Origin: Octopus vulgaris
Taxonomy: Eukaryota
Assembly (NCBI GenBank): GCA_951406725.2
Contig: OX597818.1
Span: forward strand, 142,538,001-142,602,000
Direction: 5' to 3'
Length of the DNA: 64,000 nt
A program made the translations under genes and the position numbers. The notes beneath the pieces are model-generated. The model made no database searches. It saw only the letters and a list, made by a program, of their open reading frames with translations, and was not told the origin of the DNA. The stretch's first letter is position 1. The number at the start of each line of letters is the position of its first letter. This document shows, in pieces, positions 53,180 through 64,000 of the stretch.

Positions 53180-53231
53180 GTCTTACAGCTCTTTCCAGGA
53201 TATTTATTAATTATATCCCTTCATCGAAGAC
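53180..53231 (-). ncRNA. Degenerate minimal type I hammerhead-like motif (Penelope-type)
   Basis: GTCT-TCGATGA-AGGGATAT..ATATCCTG-GAAA-GAGCT-GTA-AGAC. Stem I, stem II, GAAA, near-palindromic stem III and GUA are present. The core deviates from CUGAUGA. Confidence 0.6.
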
Positions 53232-53417
53232 GATGTGAGAGGATGCTTAAGTAATAGTTAATATAGATAGGATACAAAATAGAGAGTGAGGTGGAGGAAA
53301 GAAAATAGATGTGAGATAAGTAGGGATATAGAATTTTTAGATCCATTTTTTAGGTAGAATGGTATATATGTAAGATTCCAATACCTTATGAGTAAGATCC
53401 AACGATATATATATATC

Positions 53418-53675
53418 TCACGTGATCACGTGACTGACCATACTATCAGATATTGTCACATATCACTGGTCACAATGCGCTTTTGCATTGCTTTAGCCTT
53501 CAAATGATGCCACCCCGCTGGCTAGGCAAGCAGGCTGACATTCCTCCCTGATCAAAAAGGGAACTGGAGCAACATGAAGTGTTTTGCTCAAGAAAACAAT
53601 GTGCCACCCACTCAGGGAATTGAACCCCTGATCTAGCAATCATAAGTGCAACAGTCTAAACACTAGGCCATGTGC
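53418..53675 (-). mobile_element. SINE fragment sharing its tail with 31786-32084 but with a different tRNA head
   Basis: Tail at 53418-53540. Head (minus) GCACATGGCCTAGTG...GGTTCAATTCCC at ~53610-53675. Confidence 0.65.
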
Positions 53676-53717
53676 TTTTGCATACACACACACATGTATA
53701 TACCTACATATATTTGC

Positions 53718-53754
<37 letters not shown>

Positions 53755-53968
53755 AGCGCAGGCATGGCTGTGTGATTAGGGAGCTTGCTTCCTAGCTACA
53801 TGGTTTCGGGTTCAGGAGCTTTGTGATTGAATTCGGTAGGTGGGAGTTGTTGACGTGTGTGTATGTGTGCATATAGCTGCTCAGTGCCTCTCCGAAAGAG
53901 AGAGAGGGATATATGTGTATTTTTGGCTGTGTATGTATGTATATATATATACATACAGGTGCACACAC

Positions 53969-54010
<42 letters not shown>

Positions 54011-54012
<2 letters not shown>

Positions 54013-54163
54013 ATAGGATGCTGAAAAGTTCCTGGCTTTAAGGGTATTGCAAAAGGCCCTGCAATAAGTGTGTGAATCTGAGAGGGGAATATGTCAAATA
54101 AAATCATAATTCGCTGATCCTCCTGGCATTTACCCAAAACCAGGAACTTTTCAACAGCCCTTG
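54011..54163 (+). mobile_element. Mariner-derived MITE
   Basis: TIRs GCTGAAAAGTTCCTGGCTTT / AAAACCAGGAACTTTTCAAC, 3' TA, and a remnant transposase end NKCVNLRGEYVK*. Confidence 0.8.
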
Positions 54164-54638
54164 TATATATATTCATACATACTCTTCTTTCCAGAACCTC
54201 TTCCTTTCAAAATCCATCCCTTACTTTCAATGTCTCCCTTTCCCATACATACACATATATAACTATACCATAGCCATTACTTGGAAATTAGTGTTATGTG
54301 GTAGCATGTACCATACTGTCACTAAAAATTTTAGGTGTCTTTGGAGTTGTAAGAAGAAATGGATAACTTCTCACTCCTCCCAACTTGACTCAGCAGAACG
54401 TCTAAGATGGAATGGCATAAGAAGGAGGAAGGGCTGCACCAACATTCAGTTGGTACTCCCTTCTGTTGAGTAAGCATGGAGTGGCAAAAATGAAGTGCTT
54501 TACTCAATGATATAATGTACTAACCAGACCATGAATTGAAACCACATCTTTCTGATCAGGAGCTCCACGTTATGAACACTAGGTCACACACCCTTACACA
54601 CATACACACACAAATACACATACATGAATTACATACAA

Positions 54639-54746
54639 GTGTGTGTGTGTGTGTGTGTATGTGTGTGTGTGTTTGTGTGTGTATGTGTGTGTGTGTATGT
54701 GTGTGTGTATGTGTGTGTATGTGTGTATGTGTGTGTATATGTGTGC

Positions 54747-54798
<52 letters not shown>

Positions 54799-54913
54799 GT
54801 ATGTGTGTGTATGTGTGTATGTATGTGTGTATGTGTGTGTGTATGTGTGTGTATGTGTATGTGTGTATGTGTGTGTATCTGTGTGTGTATGTATGTGTGT
54901 GTATGTGTGTGTG

Positions 54914-54992
<79 letters not shown>
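54639..54992. repeat. Long interrupted (TG)n microsatellite
   Basis: Direct reading. Confidence 0.95.
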
Positions 54993-54995
<3 letters not shown>

Positions 54996-55069
54996 CGCAC
55001 TTGCATATTTGAAATACTTTTCTCTTTATCATTTCATAAATGTACAGATTCTCGTTCTTCATCATCCCT

Positions 55070-55165
55070 ACCTTACACATCTCCCCTACCTCACCCATCT
55101 CCCCAACCTCACCCATCTCCCCAACCAAACCCATCTCCCCTACCTCACCCATCTCCCCTATCTCC
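55070..55165. repeat. 18-bp minisatellite (CCTCACCCATCTCCCCWA, ~5 copies)
   Basis: Direct reading. Confidence 0.9.
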
Positions 55166-56236
55166 AAAGTATTTCCAATTTCACTGGTTACAAGCAGTGA
55201 CTGGCAGAGATAGGACACTGCGATTGTTATGATTACACAAGGTAAATAAGGATGTGCTGTGTTAGCAGGTAAATATAAGTCGGAAATATAAAAAAAAATT
55301 TTTTATCTATTTAAGCAGGTTAACTTAGGAAATAAGGATCTCAAAATATCTTCCGAGATGAAGATTTGACTCGTCACATATAAATTGGATTAAGAATATA
55401 TGTTGCTATTCGTAAAGTATAGATCATTGGTAGTGTGGCCGTACACACACATACATGTGTGTGTGTATAACACATACATATACACATATAGATATATACA
55501 CAACAGAATCAGATTCAAAAAACCCTTTAGCATTAAAATGATATATAGAAAATTTACTTTTTTTTTGTTAGTATCTAATTTTATACATTTGTAAGACTAT
55601 CTTTTGTATGTTTCAAAAGGATTTTATAACCAAAAGATGAGAATATTCTTTATCCTAAAATATGGCAAAATGTACGGGCTTATTATCATCATTTAACATG
55701 TATCTTTGCTGACAAGGAAGAGTTGGATTGTTTGACAAGATCAAAGCAGAGTTGGAGAATTGGGTTGAGCTCCAATACACACACATGCACACATACACAC
55801 ACACACACCCCAGTAAGTATTTACAGATAAATGTATTCATATTCAAACAAAGACATGACTGGTCAAATAGCAATATTATTAGGTTACTAGCCTGTTGATT
55901 AGATTTGTGCAGACTGGGGTTGAAAATTCCAAAGGTTAACAATGTCAAAACAACATACTAGTAAAAGAAGACACAACTGCCTAACAAGGCCCTGCAAAAT
56001 GATCTTCATCAGAGACTTTCCTACACAAATGTAAGATATACAATGCATGCCGAAGACATATATAAATGAATGTACACGCACATACATACTCTCTTATACA
56101 TACACACACCTTCATGTTGGGGGTCATCTTTACTTTGTTATCTCCCCTACTTTCCTTCTCGTGTGTCCGAGTCAGTCACCATGATAGATTGCTAGCCACT
56201 ACACACATTTTTTCTCTCCTTGTTTTTTCTGTGTCC

Positions 56237-56272
56237 CTTTCTGTAGAAGAGCGTAGGCTCGAAATGTAAAAG
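56237..56272 (+). ncRNA. Minimal hammerhead-like motif in a Penelope-like terminal fragment (~56110-56370)
   Basis: CTTT-CTGTAGA-A-GAGC(GTAG)GCTC-GAAA-T-GTA-AAAG. The core has U in place of the conserved A6. Confidence 0.55.
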
Positions 56273-56489
56273 ACTTTTTCTATTCCTGAGCATTATACTA
56301 ACACATCTGTTTGTTTTGTACACCACCTGTCTTCGTCTTTTGTTTTTTTCATAAATTCTTCCTATAAATGAATGCATATAGGTTTTTCCACTTTTATGAG
56401 AGATAGCTAGAAAATGTGCTCTTATATGCTACATGTCCCCCAATTTCAATTAGATGGCTTTGATTCTTAAAATAGCATGCTCTAGTCTA

Positions 56490-56712
56490 ACCCTTTAGTA
56501 TTCAGATTACTGTCAAATGTAATGATTATTTATTCAGTGTCCTGAATTAATCATGCATTAACTTGTGGCTTTGATATTTCGATGATGTGATTGTTAACAT
56601 TCACAATGACATTGTCTGTTAGGTGCAAGCAGCAATGTCTGATGGGTTTGAACATACATAAAACAGGTAAAACACTCAGGCCAGATATGACTGGTTTAAA
56701 TGCTTAAAAGGG
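56490..56712. mobile_element. TTAA MITE family 2, near complete
   Basis: TAA|CCCTTTAGTATTCA...TAAATGCTTAAAAGGG|TTAA. Confidence 0.75.
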
Positions 56713-56929
56713 TTAAGTAACAGGGGTTACCCTTGGTTTGTGAAAAGTGGAGGGGAGAACTTATCATTATACTTTTAATGCAAACAGTGAGTCCAAAAAA
56801 GAGAAAAAGAAATTCCACATGATCTGTTCAACAGAAATTTAGATGCATACCAAATGTTCTGACATGGTCAATATTGAGAACAGTATACCAGCAGCTAGAA
56901 CCAATAAAAGAACTTTTGCATTATCAATC

Positions 56930-57320
56930 GATCTGTTATAAATAGTAGCCCAATGTCCCTCAAATCAAACCTTAATGTTTAAAACAAAAGGACATATTTG
57001 ACAAAGTAGTCCTAGATATGAATACAAAGAAGGGATGGTCATGACTGGAATGTCTTTAATCAGAAGATATGCTTGATCAGGGTTGATTTGGAACTAAATA
57101 ACAACATAGATTATATGGGATAATATAAGAAGCTTTTTATCCCCAGATTTGACATAAATGAACAGAATTAAGACCAAGGTTGTTTCAGATATGACATAAC
57201 TATCATTTTCTAAATCTAGGATTGTATTGGCCAATGTGTGTTTGCTTTTTAAGACAAAGTAAGTAATTTAATGAAATTTGGCTATTATTTCTAGCAGATT
57301 GAGGAACTGCATACAGGCCT
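56930..57320. mobile_element. Old foldback MITE
   Basis: The left AAATAGTAGCCCAA..GTCCTAGA mirrors the right TCTAGGA..TTTGGCTATTATTTCTAGCAG. Half copies occur at ~28820-29010 and ~61610-61720. Confidence 0.55.
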
Positions 57321-57416
57321 CAACAAATACATTTGACTAGGATGATATGAAAATGGGCTAGAGAACATACTTTTCTTCATAGTAAGAGCCATCTCTCTCT
57401 ACATATAGTTATGAGT

Positions 57417-57761
57417 GTGGAGGTGCAATGGTCCAGTGGTTAGGGCAGCGGATTCACAGTCATAGGATCGCAGTTTCAATTCCCAGACCGGGTGTTGTGT
57501 TTATTGAGCGAAAACACAAAGCTCCACCCTGCTGTACTCTTTCACCACAACTTTCTCTCACTCTTACTTCCTGTTTCTGTTGTATCTGTATTTGAAAGGG
57601 CCAGCCTTGTCACACTCTGTGTTACACTGAATCTCCCTGAGAACTACATTAAGGGTACACAAGTCTGTGGAGTGTTCAGCCACTTGCACATTAATTTCAT
57701 GAGCAGGCTGTTCCGTTGATTGGATCAACTGGAACCCTCGTCGTCATAACCGACGGAGTGC
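57417..57761 (+). mobile_element. SINE family A, older, with internal deletion
   Basis: Flanked by TATAGTTATG(A/T)GTG direct repeats. Confidence 0.85.
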
Positions 57762-57789
57762 TGTAGTATAGTTATGTGTGCAATGATAT

Positions 57790-58650
57790 AATAGTAGAAC
57801 TACATGTGTTTCATACATCCTTTTGTGCTACCAGTTATCACTCTCCTTGGAACCATTTCCTGTGTCACAGGCATTCTTAATATCATCCCTTGCCACCTTA
57901 TTTTCCATCGAATGCCCCTTTTATCTCCTTTCCCCTGTACACCTCATTCTGCCAACAACAGCCCTCACTGTCAGTCATTCGCTATTTCCACCTCTATACA
58001 CCTCTGACCTTGACCCAGGCCCTACACATCTCTCTTGCATACCCCCATCCAGCCCACACACTCTCCACATCATCTGTGCTGCCACATTTTACCTCCTTCA
58101 TCCACTCCTATTTCCTCCACCTTTCCCCCAAACTACAGCATTCACCACACCTCCAACCTTGTTCATTCACTGCATTCACCTGAATCCCCATCTCTATCCA
58201 TCTGTTACTCTCCTTTCACATTCACATAAACTTAACTCCCCATTCACCCTGTCCAATCCTCTTTTCCATTTCTCTTATATTCATCTCCCTGTAATTCAAA
58301 GGTATGCCCGGCTACCTTATCGCCATCATCTCTTTTTCCAGCTCCACAGTAAAAATCTGTTCAGGTTAGTTTATCCTCACCTGACAGAAAACTCCTCAAT
58401 ACTACACCCTACCACCTCACTTGAGGGGTCTTATCTTGAAAGTTACTTCGTGACCTCTCAAGTGCCACTGCCATGAAAATAGTACCCAATATACTCTGTA
58501 AAGTGGTTGGCATTAGGAAGGTCATTTAGCCATAGAAACTATGCCAAAGCAGACATTGGAGTTTGGTGCAACCTCTGGCAAGTCAGCTTCTGCCAAATTG
58601 TCCAACCTATTCCAGCATGGAAAGCAGATGTGAAATGGTGGTGATAAAGA
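57790..58650 (+). mobile_element. Old RTE-associated pyrimidine-rich 3' region with tail
   Basis: Ends GTGGTTGGCATTAGGAAGG...CCAGCATGGAAAGCAGATG. Resembles 19950-20862. Confidence 0.55.
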
Positions 58651-61600
58651 TGGTACATAGCTTGAGTCCATCTAAAACATACAGACTTAGTCTGGAGTTT
58701 GTTTCTAGTTTTCATGGAGTTTAAGCATCTGAGATTATAAAACTATTCCCTGGATGTGCCACTGGTATTCTCAGTTGAGCGGACTAGGGCAACATGAAGA
58801 GCAAATATAACATGGTACCCATCTGAGAATCAAACCCCTGACCTAATGATCTTGAGCCAAATGCTAACCACTAGGATACATGCCTTCTCAGTCACACACA
58901 CATACACACACACACTTCTCTCTCTCAAAATATACATTATATATATAAACACATTGTGTGTGTGAATGTGTGTATATATATATATATACTATGCACCAGT
59001 ATCTTTCAATCCAGCAGTACAAAGCCCATAGTGTTATAAAAATATGCCATTGTGTTGCAGTAAATATGTGTGCAGAAAGTAGAACTCTTCAGAATTTTAA
59101 GACAAATTGCTTTACAACAATGCACAGGAAGTTATCTTACAAGAACAGAGAAGAACCAGTGAGCTGAGAAAATAATTGGGTAATGAAGGCAATGAAGCAT
59201 GCACAGAGATGAGACAACGCATTATAGTGATGATAGAAAATAACCATAGATGAAAGAGGAATCAAGTGAACATGATTTTATCTGTTATGAGAACAATAAT
59301 ACAGGATTGAGTGAGATGAAAAGATGGTATATTACAAACCTATACAGCTCTATGCCAACACTGAAATAAGTTTTATAGATAAATATACTCCATGGCAACA
59401 TGGAAATATAATATATTACAGGCCAATGCAATTCCATGCCAACATGGAAATATGGTATCTTACAAAAGAATTATACTCCATGCTGATGAGGCACATTACA
59501 GACCAATATTTTTTTCATGGATTTTCATGACTTTGTTGCCATCCAATTCCATTATTATGAATTTGAATTGGGATCTTGAATCATAGTGAATTTTTATACA
59601 ACCATGGATGCCACCCCTATGGCTGTGTTGCAGTTACTCTCTCCATAAAGCTTGGTGATCCTGGTCATTGGTCTTCAAGAATTCCTCTGCTCAACATCAA
59701 TGTAAGAAGCACTGTTGGCTCAGCTGAGCTCTTCCACTACCTCTTCACAATTCACCATGCATCAGTCCCATGATTTCAGCAGGGTGGCTGAACAGGTGCT
59801 ATGCCTTACCAAAGGGGCAGCCCATTACTATGCAGGGCATGGTCATCACTCCAGGAGGTATTTTCAAAATACCCACATATCCAAACAGACCAATATAACT
59901 TCGTGTTAATATGGAAAGAGATACTGGGAAAGCTCACTTAATCTTGGAAGTCATCATCTTTACTGATATATCAAACTTTACACTGAGTGGCGTTCCGTAT
60001 AACAAGAAATGTCAAGTTCCTTGGATTCCAGATTTCACACTATTTTCATGTTATATTAACGAAAAAATATTTTAAAATAGTGATATTTTATTGCCAAATG
60101 AAGGAATATTTTATACAGAACCCATGATTAACATTTGGTAGCTCAATACAAATCTGTCAAACTTCACCTATATGACATGGGTCAACCCATAGTAATTGCA
60201 GAAAATTCCAGTTAACAGTGCAAAAGAATCCTCAAAAAAATGGTTCCAAAGAGAACTTTTTAATCACATAGGCACATGTGTGTGTGCACGTGCATGTGTG
60301 TGTGCATGCATGTGTGTGCATGCATGTGTTTTTTCACGCTATGAAACTCAGGCCAAACATAATAAATCTATTATGCAAACCTGAAATGTATATATTAAAC
60401 AATTTCAAAATATCACTGTTTGGTTTGATTTCACTTTTACAACTTTATATATATGCACACACACACACACACACACACACTTGTAGCTGTTGTTCAGAGT
60501 CACTTTTAGTGCTCTCAGTGCCACGGAATCTGCCTATCTTGTATCAGTCTTGTAAGCCACATTCACACTAATGAGAAACAATGAGCTGGAAGCAGAGGAG
60601 GATGACCGACTTGGATTGGTGTTGTCATCACCTCTGGATGGGCAGCCAAGAAAAGTAAAAGAAAAAAAGGATCCTTTTAGGGTACACTTTTCCATGCTTG
60701 CATGGGTCAGATGAAATTTATTGAGGCAGATTTTCTATGGCTAGATGCCTGTTCTTTCACCAGCCCCTACTTGTTTCCAAGCAAAGTAATATTTTCCCAT
60801 GGCCAAATATGCTCTTGCAGAATACTAGAAATGAATGACACTGCTTGTATAACAGTGACAATCATTTACAATTATCACATGATAGAGACAAGGAGACACA
60901 AGCACCCACATACAAATATACATATGATGCACATATATGTTTCAGTTTCCATCTGCCACATCAACTCACTAGACTATGGTCAGCCTGGGGCTATAAAAGA
61001 AGATGCCTTCCCAAAGAGCAACAATGGTGGGATTGAACTTGGAATCATGTGATTGGAAAGCAAACTTCTTATCACACAGTCAAACCTGTGTACATATGCA
61101 TGCATATGTGTGTGTGTGTGTGTGTGTGTACACATGCATGCACATGCAGGTACCTCAGAATTAGAGAGAGACACTCTTCATTATAGCATTTGATCTGTGT
61201 GGATATTCCCTGATGTTTCAAAATTGTCAATGTGTAATGCACAAAGCATGTCTGTCAAATTCTAGATTAAGTATTTAGATGCATCAAATGATATTTTGCT
61301 TCCAGAAATAAATCTTTCAAAGTTGATGGTGTCTATTTTTAAGATGTGTGTGCGTGTTTGTGTGCATATATATATGTGTGTATGTATGTATGTATTTATG
61401 TATGTATGTTTTGGGGTACATTTATTGTTGTATGTGTGTGTAGAAATATCTGTGTATGTATGTATATGCACTTTTTTGTACTCTATTTTATCTCCTTTCA
61501 AATTTTATCTGTTTAATAGAAAAACTATTTGAAAAAATATGCAATATGGTTAATTGAGTCACTACAAACATCAGTACAATTTTCTTGAAATATTGCACAC

Positions 61601-62090
61601 CTTTCCATCTTAAATAAGGGAAGATATCAAAATAATGTAATCCAGAATACTTCTAAAAAGGACAGCACAATCACAACTTCTCAATCAAGGACAACCTGGG
61701 GCTAAATAACAGCAGCAACAATTTTCTCTGTTATCAATGAAATTCTTTCCTATAATCACCGATTCGTTTTCCACAGAGCTGGTCTCCAGACATATAATCT
61801 ATGCTCACATATGTACATAAATAGCTATATCAGTGCAAATACACATGCACACAGATATCATACGCATGCACTTATAACCAGTGCAAATACACATACATAC
61901 ATACATTCATACACACACACATACATACATACATACATACATACATACATACATACATACATACATACATACATGCACACGTATACACATACAGGCATAT
62001 ATACACGCATGTATCAGATATAATACGGTTATGTCATTATTTGTACAAAAGAGAAGAAAAAAAATAGACAAGATTATCTCAAAGCTCATG

Positions 62091-62128
<38 letters not shown>

Positions 62129-62646
62129 TATACAAATAAATTAAATCTTTGAAGGCAGAATCTTTAGGGATTTGAGAAATCCTTTGCATAAGATTTACAC
62201 GTAAACGAAACATACAAAACTAATGATGATGATGATGATGTTGATGATGATTTCTTTCATGTATTTATAATAAGAATATTAATAAGATTATGCTGAACTG
62301 TTGTGAAACCAATTTTGCTTCCGTACGATAAAAAAGAAAGCGGAAGGATAAGTTATCAAAACTTGGTTCCTCCCAAATTAAATCTTGTTAGGGAAACCTT
62401 ACAAGTAATAACGAATGATTTTTGTTTACATCATTTTTTAAAAATTGTATTTCAGTTATTGCAGTGATTAAAAGTGTTGCTGCTGTTTTTGTTGTTATTG
62501 ATGTTGTTGTTGTTCTTGTTCTTGCTGTTGTTCTGTATTTTGTTTCGGGTTATTTTGGTTTCAGGGATATTTCTGTGAAGGTTCAAAACTCTAATCCATG
62601 CAAATAGGAAGTAACAGATACGAGATGAAATGAGGAAATCAATAAA

Positions 62647-62863
62647 AGCAGCAGCAGCAGCAGTAGCAGCAGCAGCAGTGGTGGTGGTGGTGGTGGTGGT
62701 GGTGGTGGTGGTGGTGGTGGTGGTGGGTGGTGGTGGTGGTGGTGGTGGTGGTGGTGGTGGTGGTGGTGGTGGTGGTGGTGGTGGTGGTGGTGGTGGTGGT
62801 GGTGGTGGTGGTGGTGGTGGTGGTGGTGGTGGTGGTGGTGGTGGTGGTGGTGGTGGTGGTGGT
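62647..62863. repeat. (GCA)n(GGT)n compound trinucleotide repeat
   Basis: About 60 GGT units with one phase shift at ~62725. Confidence 0.95.
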
Positions 62864-63339
62864 GTGCAGCTCAAAATCAGCCCCAAATTAGCAAACTTAT
62901 AATAAAAGATATTCCAACGATGACCAGGATTGTACTGAGATTTGGTTGCTATTTCCAGCAACTCAAACACCTTCAAAGTGGTTATAATGGTCGGTATTGG
63001 AGAGGGTGGTGGTAGACATGGTTGAAGCACTTGTTTTTGTTGTTCAGCCTTGGATCTGTGTATCCAACTTAATTTAACGCACACACACAGAGATCAGGCT
63101 GTTTGTTTCTCAAGCAAGACACTTTATTTCACATTGTTCCAGTTCACTCAGCTGTAGAAATGAGATGCGATATCATTGGCGCCAAACTGTATTGACCTTT
63201 ACCTTTCTCTTGGTCAACATTGGTGGCATGGTGATGGGAGACTGGCATGCATGGATGACTGCTGGTCTTCCACAAACAACCTTTCCCGGACTTGTGCATT
63301 AGAGGAGAACTTTTTTTGTGCAATCCCATGGTCATTCCA

Positions 63340-63562
63340 TTTCGTTTACTACCCACAAGGGGCTAAACACAGAGAGGGCAAACAAGGACAGAAAAATGGA
63401 TTAAGTCGATTACATCTACCCCAGTGCATAACTGGTACTTATTTAATCGACCCTGAAAGGATGAAAGGCAAAGTTGACCTCTGCGGAATTTGAACTCAGA
63501 ATGTAATGGCAGACGAAATACTGCTAAACATTTTGCCCAACATGCTAACATTTCTGCTAACG
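63340..63562 (-). mobile_element. SINE family C monomer
   Basis: Same body as the units at 1927-2842 but single copy. Confidence 0.85.
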
Positions 63563-63601
63563 TTGATCCCATGGTCATTCTTGACCAAAGGAGATCTTTG
63601 C

Positions 63602-63645
<44 letters not shown>

Positions 63646-64000
63646 TACATACATATATATAGTTTTATCAACTTTTTTCAGTTGATATCCATATGCTGGC
63701 AAGGCTTGGATAGTTTAACAAGAGCCAATGGGTCTGAGGACTACATCGTGTTCCAGTGTCTGCTATAGCATGGTTTCTATGGCTGGATGCCTTTCTTAAT
63801 ACTAACCACTTTACAGAATGTACTGGCTGTGTTTCTCACAGTAGCCCCACTAGCAAGGTCGCCATGTAGCTTACAAGACTAAGATCACCTTCAGCTAAGT
63901 GAGGCTACAGTAGGTGACTTTAAGCTCAGTAATGAGTGGTTAGAGAATGAAAGAAGCACCCACCACCACCTCCCCTGGAACAAGTCTCTTACTACAGAGA

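Noticed and set aside
54536-55232. Cys/Val-rich ORFs and collagen-like GEMGEV repeats
   Set aside because: They derive from (TG)n and an 18-bp minisatellite, with no supporting exon boundaries.
62452-63084. Poly-Pro/Thr/Ala 210-aa ORF (formin-like)
   Set aside because: It is a translation of the (GGT)n/(GCA)n repeat, and the flanks are repeat-derived.

Overview
AT-rich, microsatellite-dense eukaryotic DNA, most likely an octopus (coleoid cephalopod) intronic region. The organism is inferred from the repeat landscape, not from a database match. Almost all ORFs in the track are artefacts of simple repeats or SINEs. Supported content: three tRNA-derived SINE families (here A, B, C) in many copies, several with target-site duplications (TSDs). 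A 5'-truncated, single-frameshift RTE LINE (5191-7530) whose RT carries an in-frame C4HC3 PHD finger, plus many RTE 3'-end fragments. A Tx1/L1-type and a second RTE-type 3' fragment, two decayed maT-type transposons (DD37D spacing countable in one), a mariner MITE, TTAA-flanked MITEs and Helitron-like elements. Two Penelope-type minimal hammerhead-like motifs and several long inverted repeats. One convincing 180-bp host coding exon on the minus strand (45780-45959) with weaker candidate downstream exons. The most notable observations are a head-to-tail 184-bp SINE array whose units carry an internal sequence complementary to their own junction, the PHD finger inside the RTE RT, and a TSD-flanked RTE 3' end containing 192-bp tandem units.
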